Shown one piece after another: positions 53,337 through 64,000 of a DNA stretch of 64,000 nucleotides. The DNA comes from Octopus vulgaris (taxonomy: Eukaryota), in the NCBI GenBank assembly GCA_951406725.2, contig OX597819.1:38192001-38256000 (forward strand). Direction: 5' to 3'. The notes under the pieces were generated by a model that saw nothing but the letters and a program-made list of their open reading frames with translations, was not told where the DNA came from and did no database searches. The translations under genes were made by a program, and so were the position numbers. The first letter of the stretch is position 1; every line of letters begins with the position of its first letter.

Positions 53337-56085
53337 TATATATATTCTAAAATGAATTTATTTTTAGGACTGATATAAATAGTATCTAGATTCTCTCTGT
53401 TTAAGAATTGCAAGGAATTCTCAGACATGCAATAGAATATATAAAGAGCTTTAGTTATAATAGAATAAGAACAGAATGTATATGCTATTATAGTCATTAA
53501 AGAAATTAAATCTCAGTTTAATACATTAGTCTTATTCTATAAAATTTCTAATGGGAGATATTCTAAATGTAGTAGCTGATTAAATAAGGATAAGAAATAG
53601 CTTTATATGTAATATAGCAGACAGAAAAAAAAACTGAGTTGATCTTTTCTAAATTGCTGAATATCATTTTTCAAACTATAACCAATATTTTAAGTATGCT
53701 AAATGCATTGAAACATTTGTGAGTGGTTGATGCAGGAAAGCTAGAGACTACTGTATTGGATTGTTTAGAATAATTCATAAGTTCTGTTATTTAAATGATC
53801 TAATTATTAAAATAATGTGTCAAGACTTGGAAATGGTTCAATGAAAATAGATAGATAAATAGATCAATATATACCATTTTTTTTAACATAAAATGTAAAA
53901 TGCTGATTCTAGTAAAAAAATATGTATTAAAATATATATTGTAACATGGGAACCAGAATTGATCATGTACATGAGAAGAGGTTAAACAATTTTTTGCTTT
54001 TACAACTTTGCTAGTATGCTGTAAATATTCAATGTTAATTACATCTTAGCTTTGGTAGAATATAGGGCTACCATGGCCCTCTTATATAGTATGTGCCTAG
54101 CTCCCTAAATTAATCAGTTATGTGTTCAATATTATAGAAATTTTCAAAAAAATTTAAGATAATTACATGTTGCATATCTTTATGTATGATCTACAGTAGT
54201 AAATAGATTAGAAACTACATCTCAGAGAGCGCGGTAGCAAACTGAGTAGTAATTAAGTGATTATTCACCAGCTTCAGTACACAGTTTAAAATAAATCATA
54301 ATCTAAATATTCAGTTCATCCCATTAGCAGCCTTCAGGATTTATTCTTCCTTTAAGTTGAACAATATTTTAGCTTCTATTAACTATTAGTTACAAAATCT
54401 TTTGTGTTTTGAACTGACTTGAATTTTTTTATTTTCAATTCAGTGACTTCAAATCAAGCTCACTCTTTCATATTTTAAACTCTTTTTTTTTTTAAATGCC
54501 TCAAATAATTTTGCAATTAGAACTTGCTTGATTGTACACAGAATCTATCAAATTTTTTGGCTCTTTTATAATGCTTTCAAGAACTCTGAGACAAAAGATG
54601 TATGCAAAAGACTAAGCTTTGGTAGAAACCCATTTATAACTTAAACTCTCCTTATGGTGTCTTAGCTATATTTTGTTTTAAGATTTCACTGTTAGAACCT
54701 GAGCATTTCCTTTGTTGCTTTAAATCTCTTTTCCTATTCAGTTGCCACAAAAATAATTTCTGTAGATCCCAATATACAAGAAATCTTTTTTTCTCTTCTG
54801 CATCACACCAATATCTTCTAACCATTTGAGAATCTGACTAAAGCAGTATTGTTATTCTTTTGACTGAATCATCGTTATCATGTTCAGTTTTCATGCTGGT
54901 GTGTGTTGGATGGTTTGACAGGCTCCAGAGAGACGCAGGGTTGCATTGAGATCCAATATCAGATATAGCATGGTTTCTACAGTCAGGTGCACTTCCTAAC
55001 ACTATCCACTTTACAATGTTTACTGAATACTTTTTTCATGAATCAGTTGCCTAATTTCTAGAGTGCCACCAATATATCTGAGATGGAGTAGCTATTATTC
55101 ACAAAAGTTCAAGACTGCATTAAAATAAATTGCACAGGAACTGCAATCTGAAAGTGTACCTGTTAAATCGGTCTTTTTGGAAGAGCAGCCCTAACGAGCG
55201 GACGTGGCTAAAACTTCTCTCAGGGAAAACCCTATGCACAGAGAAGCTCTCTCTTCGAAGCAGGAACGAACGCTGTATCTTCTTGGCTTACCCGAGTGAA
55301 CATTTGCGTACAGTCCTGTGGATTTGGCTGCCGGTTCGCCCTTAAGAAATATATATGTATATATTTTACCTGTGAACCCGAAGAATAAAGTGTTATTTAT
55401 TGTTATTGAAGACAGCTGGATTTTTGGTTTCTTTTTCTTCGACTATTGTATGTGACAAGATAAGACCAGACACCCCTCAAGTGTTCCTGAAACTTTCATC
55501 TTGTTACAAATAAAAAGGGACATCTGATTGATTGGTAAGTTTTCATCTACTACAGGTAATACTCTAAACTCACTTGAACAACAGTGAGCAATTCCATCTC
55601 TGTTTCTTTTATTCCTATATTGGTCCATGTTCCTCTAAAATAAGAGACAGTGTACTATTGATAACTAGTTTGCTCAGTTTCTCCTATCCTTACTATATTT
55701 CAACCTACACTAAACACTTCTCTCCAATTTTCATCAATGGATTTCAATCACTTTAGAACTTTTTGCACCCAGCATTCAACACATCATTCTTTATTTATCC
55801 AGATTCATGTCATTAGGGTTAGTCCAGTTAATTTTTTTTAATTATCAAATTATATTGACCAAAAATTACTTGTAACTCTTTTTTCTGTAAAAATCTTTTT
55901 CATCTGAGCAAGTAAGTTTGAGTATACCATACTATGCTGATGAGGTCTAATACAATGAAACCTGCTGTACCCTTGCCTGTAAACAAATAATTTTTGGCCA
56001 ATATAATTTAATAACTAAAAAATAAGATTGGCAGAGGAAATTAACTTAATGGTACATATTTGTATAAATAAGAAGTGATATAATG

Positions 56086-56410
56086 AAGGTGCATGGCTCA
56101 ATGGTTAGAGAATTGGGCTCACAATCATGAAGTAGTGAGTTAAATTTCCGGACTGGGCAGTGTGTTGTTTTCTTGAGCAAGACGCTTTATTTCACATTGC
56201 TCCAGTTCACTCAGCTGTAGAAATGAGTTGTAATGTCAATGGCCCCAAGTAATATTGGCCTTTACCTTTCCCTTGGATAACATCAGTGACACGGAGACGG
56301 GAGCTGGTATGCATGGGCAACTACTGGTCTTCCATAAACAAGCCTGCCCAGACTTGTGCCTCAGGTGGTAACTCTCTAGGTGCAGTCCTATGGTCACTCA
56401 TGACTGAAGG
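56086..56410 (+). mobile_element. tRNA-derived SINE (family D)
   Basis: Homologous to the reverse complement of 685-1020. Confidence 0.75.
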
Positions 56411-57071
56411 TTTTTTTTTTTTTAATGAAGACTGAATGCAAAAAAATTCTTAATTAGTTGAAAACTGGTAATAAAAGCTGAAAAGATGTGTTTAGTAAAG
56501 GTTAAGAACAATAGTAAGAATAATAAGAGTAACAATGGATGAGCTGGATTTCAGTGGTACACATCTTAACCTTTAACATCCAGATTACTCTATCAAATGT
56601 GATATTTATTCACCCTGTTTTAAATTAATTATGCATCATCTCATAGCTTTGAGATTACAGGGTGAGTGTGAGAGGCTGTATCTGGCTGGTTTGCTCATAA
56701 AACAGTTAGAATATTTGGCTGGATATGGCCTGTTTAAATGCTAAAGTGTTAGTGGAGCATGGGTCATTTGTAGTAGTGATATATAAGAGACAAGAAAGGG
56801 AGAGGAACTCCCTTCTCCTGCCAAATGGGTGTAGTGTGTTAGCAAGTGAAAACTTACCAGTCACTCACATGTCTTTTTTAGGATGTATACTGGAATGTTA
56901 ATGACAGTTTGTCTATCACAGATATATCAGTTTCTTCCCACTAAATATATAAATAACTTATAAAGATTGTCTAAATTTCTTGGAATTATCTCCCCTTTAT
57001 TTTGAGAGTCTGTGACAGTCACTGCAATGTATTTGTTTACTTCCTCTCAGTGGGTTGGGGTAGAACTTTAA

Positions 57072-57299
57072 TTAACCCTTTCATTACTATATTTATTTTG
57101 AAATGCTCTGTGTTTCTTTCAATTACTTTAAATATAACAAAGAATTTAGTAAAATAACTTAGTTATCATTAAACTAGTGCTAGGAACATAAATTGTGACT
57201 AAGGTTTGGTGGAAGATTTTAATTCAAAACTTATGAAAACAAGACATTTGTACTCAGAGCTAGAGCCAGATTCAGCCGGGTTGGTAATGAAAGGGTTAA
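57072..57299. mobile_element. piggyBac-type MITE, inverted copy of 27703-27933
   Basis: ttaa-CCCTTTCATTAC...GTAATGAAAGGG-ttaa. Confidence 0.8.
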
Positions 57300-57597
57300 T
57301 TAAAAGTTTTTCGTATATATTGTTTTCAGTAGAACTCTTTTTTTATTGCCTGACCTCTATCCTTGGTGACTTCCTCACAACATCCCTACAGGAAACTCAT
57401 CAATCTTATCAATGACATTAGTCTTAAAGGATCTTTTATGTTCATGGGAAATTCCTTCCACTCTGGACTAAAATGTAAAATAAATAAATACTTCTTATAA
57501 ACTTTTCATATGCACTTAATTTTTTCTTTATCCTCAAGATTACAAGATAAAATTTTCTTGACAAATGCATCATATTTTATATTCTTTAAATAATATA

Positions 57598-58064
57598 ATA
57601 ATAATGAAATTATTGTATACAGTGCTCAGGTGCACCACGACTTGTCAGAAAGTGCGTATAAAGTGTATGCAGTAATGTACAAATGTCTGGAAAGCGAACA
57701 GTGTATGAGTCAGATACATGCTTGCGTGTGTATGGAGGGGAGAAAATCAGGTGTAGTGTTGGCGAATCTCAGGAAGCATGGAAGTTTTGAAGGATGCAGT
57801 GCTCCAACAACTAACAACTGATGCCGGCAGTTTGTTCCATGCTTCAGCAACTCTTAGCATGAAAAAATGTTTCCGAAAGTCATGGAAGGAGCTGTGCTGT
57901 TTTCTGACTTTGTAAATATGTCCACGGGTGTTAGACAGGTGGAGTTTGAAAAGGTGCTCAGAGTTATTGTTTGTAAGATGGTTAATAATTTTATGGGTGT
58001 CTGCCAAGTCAGCTGCCAGACGTCGGAGTTTCAATGTGTCCATGCCCAGGGAAGTAAGGCGTTC
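57598..58064 (-). mobile_element. 5'-truncated CR1-group LINE 3' fragment, same family as 19421-20050
   Basis: TLKLRRLAADL...TRGHIYKVRKQ...RVAEAWNKLP. Confidence 0.85.
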
Positions 58065-58476
58065 ACCATCTCATCCACCTCTCTCTTTTGTATATGATTC
58101 ACTATGAATATGATAGCTATAGATGAATATATGGCAACTTAATTCTATCCACTTCAAATATAACATTCACTAAGGATAAGACACATGCCACACTGCATGC
58201 CTCTTGTTCAATTTTCAATCCAATTGAATCTGAGCAATTTTCTGTATATTCTCTAGCTGCTATTAAAACTAATGACTTTTTTCTTTAGAGGTGTAATTTC
58301 AATTGATTATTTTTGTATTCTTCTGTTCACTATATTATAACTCACACTTAACTATATGTTCCTCATGCAGAAGGCTTCCTCAAGAAAATTTGCCTCATCA
58401 TAACTGCATTTGCTTGGCTTATATTCTCTTTGTTATATGCTTTAATCCAGTTCAAGTTTCTCTAATTTCCTGTCCA

Positions 58477-58756
58477 GTGGAGGCACATGGCCTAGTGGTT
58501 AGAGCACTCAGACTGGGTGATGTGTGTGTTTATGAGCGAAAACACCTAAGCTCCATGTAGCTCCGGCAGAAGGTAATGGCAAAACTTCTGCTGACTCTTT
58601 CGCCACAACTTTCTTTCAGTCTTTCCTCCTGCATCTTGCAGCTCATCTGCGACGGACCAGCATCCCGTCCAGGTGGGGAACCTATACGCCAAGAAACCGG
58701 GAAACCGGCCCTTATGAGCCAGGCATGGCTCGAGAAGGAACAAACAACAACAACAA
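58477..58756 (+). mobile_element. SINE-like element with tRNA-like head (internally deleted) and (AAC)n tail
   Basis: GTGGAGGCACATGGCCTAGTGGTTAGAGC head; ends GGAACAAACAACAACAACAA; retains CpGs compared with its flanks. Confidence 0.6.
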
Positions 58757-59762
58757 TTTTCTGTCCATGGATAACTTCCCTGTATAGCTATATGAAAATT
58801 TATAACTGTTATTATCTCAACTAATTCCACTGGTTATATGTGTGAATGTTTAAGATAAGGTTATTTTGGTAATGTATTCTTTATTATTAGTTCTGTTAAG
58901 GTAAGTCTTCAAGTTAACTTTAAAAAAAAGAGCTTTTTTCAAAATAGTTTAGCCTCTGTTCCTCATCAAGTGTCATGTACATCTACATATTGCTTAAACT
59001 AGGATTGAACTCACTAACCTTTATTATATTAATAGAGGATACTAATACAAGAGCAATAAAAATGATCACACACACACAAGAAACTGCCCAAAAATCTTCT
59101 CATTTTGAATCCCCAGAAATAGGAGGCTTATCTGAATATTGCTTTTGTTATTCTTATGCTTTGAGCATTTTAGTAATTATTCCTAAGAGCTTGTAGATTC
59201 CTCTAACTTCATCATTGTAATCAATTCAGGTATGAAATATATATGTGTGCACTTTATAGAGATCATAGAAATAAGCTTCATCCAGTTTGTAATTTTTGAT
59301 CTGCAGTCTTACAAAGTGAGCCTTCTGTGCTTTTACATTTAGATAAATTTAGATTAATTTTTTTCACTGGCTTAGTCAGATGAGAAAGGGCAATATTTGT
59401 TTGCTTTTTCAGTTTCATCACCATAAACCCGTTCTCTCATAAACCCGTTCTCAATCTTTTTTGACTTTGTGGCACGCAGACGATCAAACAAAATATATGT
59501 ACACTTTGCATAGCAAGTTTAAAGGAAAGAAAACAGTTTTAAAGTTAAAAATTAAGAAATAAATGTAGAAAACTATGGTCATTTTATCTTAATAATTATA
59601 ACTCGATGTTACAAAATTATGAATGCTATGGTATTACCCATTGTTGCACTGCTGGTAAAATATTTGTTAATCATGCACAAACCTTCATAAATTGTACAAG
59701 GTGAAAGTCTTTTTTTCAAGTCTGTGTTGTGTTGTCTGTGTGTTGAAAGACATACAGAAACA

Positions 59763-59836
<74 letters not shown>

Positions 59837-59846
59837 AAATAACTAC

Positions 59847-59905
<59 letters not shown>

Positions 59906-60166
59906 TTCCTTTTTTGAAGACAGTGTTACATTGTGTTGACAGACTTACACTTAAAATTCCCATGTTTTCAATTAAAACATGTTAGTTACTAAGCATACAA
60001 CACTATTTTTCTTTCATATTCACTTTCTTTCACTGTATTTCTCTTTCCACTTTCTCTTGCTTGCATGGGTCAGATGGAATTCATTAAGGCAGATTTTCTG
60101 AAACCAGTTGCCAACTCTCTCTTGTTTCCATCTACCATGCAGTATCAAGATGAGGAGCACAAACAG

Positions 60167-60203
<37 letters not shown>

Positions 60204-62119
60204 CATATGTATACATATATGTTTTTACACGCACACACACACACACATATATATATGATGGGCTTCTTTCAATTTCTGTCTACCAAATCCACTTACAAGA
60301 CTTTGGTCAGCTCAGAGCTATAGTAGAAGACACTTGCCACAAGTGCCATGTAGTGGGACTGAACCTGAAGCCATGTAGCTGGCAATCAAACTTCTTAACC
60401 ATACACCCATGCCTGAATTTATACAACACTTATACAAAGCTTGAGAAAAATCCACTTCACCCTTGGGATCTTGTAGTGCACCAGTTTGTCATACCACACT
60501 ATTTGGAATATTTAATTCTGTGGCTCTTATTCTAGTTAGAACTTTGCGATTGTGATGTAAATATGAGCTGCTGGTTATATCATATTCCTGTGCAGAATGT
60601 TTTCACCAGCTGTTACAGATGGTACTGTAGATCTTTTCTATTCACTAATGAAGGCAAATTATCTCTATTATTTATTTTTGTTAGGCTACAGAAACCAAAA
60701 TGAATTTTGAAAAATCAGTCATATATTAATAATGTAAAGAGATCAATGAGAAATAAAGACCAATATTATTCCATAGAATTAATAATCATTACAATCATAA
60801 TTCTTTAATTCATCTTGCTTATTTACTTTTTTTTTCTTCTAATTTTTGTAATGGATTAATGAATCAAGCAAAAAGCTTAATTTCATTTAATCCTGCATTC
60901 AGTGTAGTCTTTGTATTTACTTAATTTTACTGTTTCTTCCATTCAATTCTAATTTAGTTTCTGGATGGGTTAGTAGCTTCATAACAGAAGTTTAAACTTG
61001 ATTTGATAATTGAAAAGTGTGATGATTTAGAATTGCAAATTAAATGTAGCCTCTTGTTATTCCAGAATTGGTAAAATTGCTACCAGTAATTTATTAGATG
61101 TAGCATTTTATCCAATTTGTTGAATCTAATCAAAATTTTCTTATAAAAAAAGCTTTCTAAATGTCTACCTTTGTGCCAAACATGATTGGCTTTTCTTAAC
61201 AGTAACAATTTTTAATATAATTGATTACAAACTGAAAGATCTTATTATTTTAATTTCGCTTAATTTCTTTCTAAAGGAACTTTAAATTATATTTATTTAA
61301 TATATTTCTTTCATGAATACCTTCTTAGTTTATTTAAGTTAATTCTAATTCCTACATCTAAATAATATTCTTAGTTCATTTCTTAACCTGTATCACTGTC
61401 TGTCAGTCTGTGTATCTATGTATGTAAATATATCCATTTATATTTATATAATGAACTCTGTCTGACCGATGAAGCATGGAAAAGAGGATAATAATATTGG
61501 AAAACAAGGATAATAATAATGATTACACACTCACATACACACGAAGACACAGAAATTAAACTGCTCCAAAAAGTTCTTGTTTTAAATTCCCAGAAAATAG
61601 GAGGCTGGCCTGAAAATTATTTTTATTATTCTTATGCTTTGAGCATATTAGTAATTATTCTTAAGAGCTTGTAGATCCCTCTAACTTCATCATATCACTA
61701 TATAGTTAAGACATTTAACAAACTCCACTCTGTTTGAAGCAGTTGGGTCTGGTTTCTGGTCTGAAGATAACTTATTTCCTTTATCACACCAATCTTGGAG
61801 ACCTGGGAAAATATCATGAGTGCTGTCATTCTTTTTCTGACTAAGTTAATAAAAAAAAATGAAAAACTTTCTACTTACATAATGTTCTAATACCATTTTA
61901 AATCCAGTATATGAAATTACCCTACATTGTGGACCTCAGTAGTTTGCATTGTGAAAGTAATTTGCATATGTAAAATATACATTGTCTTTTTCTATCAGCC
62001 AAAGTAGCTCAGTATATTTTGAAGTTCACTGTTGAGTTTTTTAATGTAATATTATTGCAAAGCTGAAGAACCAATGTCATGTGTGTGTGTGTTATATATA
62101 TGTATGTGATGGAAAACAA

Positions 62120-62600
62120 TGCCTTTTGCATCTCCAAAAACCTTCCTTGCAAATGAAATGATCTTGGTCTTCTTTGGAGCAGGTGAGGAAGGGTGTTTTC
62201 ACTGCATGGATTGTCTTTTTGTCTCTAGCTCAAAGTGATGAACTCAACACTCATTCTGCTTAGGAAAAATTCAAGGAAACTGGCTGGATCTACCTCAAAC
62301 AATGTCAAATTTTTCTGTGATTTGATCAGCCTGGTGCATTTTTGACTACTAGAAACCTTTGTCACACTATGTTCATTGTGTAGAATATTCTCAACTCTTT
62401 TATGGAATATGCTAATAGCATTGACTATTTGATCCATTGCCTATCATCCATCAGCATATGGTGAACACAGTCAATGTTTTCCTTGGTGGTGGAAGTTGTA
62501 GGATGCCCAGACCTCAGGTCATTTTCAAAATTCTCCCTTCTCCCTCTAAATTCAGCCACTTCCACAATATTGGTCCTTTGCAATTCATTCCTTACACTAT
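62120..62600 (-). pseudogene. mariner transposase relic
   Basis: Minus-strand frames give EF..RRENFENDLRSGHPTTSTTKENIDCVHHMLMDDR, then IVNAISI..RVENILHNE, then DEC*VHHFELETKRQSMQ*KHPSSPAPKK (HTH region through the first catalytic-D region), with frameshifts and stops. Confidence 0.8.
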
Positions 62601-64000
62601 CTTTCCTGCAATTGTTCAAAAGGAACTTTAACTACCTAAATATCACCAGTCTCAAAGAGCCTGCAAAGGCTATGGGCATGGCACTCCCTCTAGATCAAAC
62701 CAAAAAGGGAAAAACACAATTTCTTAATTTTGGGTGGTAGATTTGATCCATAGTTCTACAGTTTAACACCATCACCTAGCCTTTGAGTGCCATTACTAGA
62801 GTCTTTTCCATTGTAAGAATTCAAACCAGTACTCTGGTTCCAAACTAACTTAGGACCTTGAAGTACTAGTTCCATTACTGCAACCCCCAAAATCACTGTT
62901 TTATTACTTTTTTTTATTTTCCTTTCTCTCCTGATCTTCATGAAAGTTTTCAGTTGTGTATATTTTATCAAATTAAGCCAAAACTTAATGACATAAAACA
63001 ATAGTTTTAAAGTTTCTGTTTGTTTACTTCAAAACAGAAAATTTGCACTTTCTTGTGATCTTGGATAATTTTCCAAAAGAATAACTTGTTTGATCTCGGT
63101 GAATAAATACTTTCCTCTGGTTAATATGTGATAGTAAGCATGAAATTTGTAATAATGACTACATATTTTATTCTTTATCTGAATATCGATTATATTACTT
63201 GCGGTGCATATGTCTATAATAAGTTATATTCACATTTTGCCAAACTGATTGATAAATATGCTTACATTTTCCATCTTTTAATCATTCCAGAATAGTGATT
63301 ATTTAAATCTGCTATAATTTAGTTGTAACTAATGTTTACTTCAGTTCATTCATTTTTCTCCTTTCAGTTCTTTTTAAAAATGAAAAATAATAAAAAAAAA
63401 TAGTTTTCATAAAATTTCAACAATTTCAGTTTTAAAAGATTTTCTCTAAGCAACATGAGTTCAGATAAAAAGTACTTTAATGTTTCCTACAAAGAAAGAT
63501 CTATAGTATATAAGCAAATTAGATACATACACTATTCAAAAACAGATAATAAAATTTATATGTAAACACCAAATAAATATTGGTTATTCTTCCATTCATA
63601 TTACAAAAGACAAGAAAAATCAATAGCTTTCCCTAAGTATCCTGGATAAAATTCTACACAGAATCTTTTGAGAAGAGAAAGGGTAGCAGGAGACATATAA
63701 ATATTTACAAATGTTCTTTACACCTGATGTAGCTGTAGTTATAGTAAACATACTTTTCCTAAGAATCACTAATTTTGAATGAAAATAATCTATGCAAAAC
63801 CATGTACATTTTCTTGGTTAACTGAAGAGCAGGTTGCGCGTAGTTTCATTTTTATTAACAAGATCTGCCTTGCCAAAAATATCTGAATGTAATGGGAAAT
63901 ATATGTTTGTTAATATTATCAGTAAAATGTTAATATAAATGGTTTGTGCTTTACGAATTTATAGCTGTTTGGTTAAGAAATTTGCTTTTCAACTCTTTTA

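Noticed and set aside
55145-55457. Possible solo LTR (CpG-retaining patch with AATAAA, ending ...TGACA)
   Set aside because: No clear 5' boundary, TSD or second copy; cannot be supported.
55935-55970. CTGATGAG...GAAAC hammerhead-like core
   Set aside because: Stems I and II do not pair convincingly.

Overview
Eukaryotic, AT-rich, repeat-dense genomic DNA, most likely a coleoid cephalopod (Octopus-like, inferred from the recalled SINE repertoire and the microsatellite load, not verified). The only convincing host coding sequence is a first coding exon (3169-3680, + strand) of an espin/forked-like ankyrin-repeat gene, ending at a canonical AG|GTAAGT donor. I could not find the next exon, so the remaining ~60 kb appears to be one giant intron. 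It holds at least four SINE-like families, decayed LINE fragments (CR1/L2-group and RTE-like), piggyBac- and mariner-type MITEs, a non-autonomous Helitron, a mariner transposase relic and long (TA)n/(ATT)n microsatellites. Almost all other ORFs in the track are microsatellite or repeat translations. The most notable observations are: a near-perfect ~1.09 kb palindrome (36862-37953); minimal hammerhead-ribozyme-like motifs (best at 51131-51182, minus strand); a LINE whose 3' tail matches a SINE tail in the same window; multimeric SINEs that appear to have moved as a unit; an 86-bp target-site-like duplication; small TIR elements carrying telomere-like CCCTAA units; and an apparent CpG-density step near 14.8 kb. 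All coordinates and identities were read by eye.
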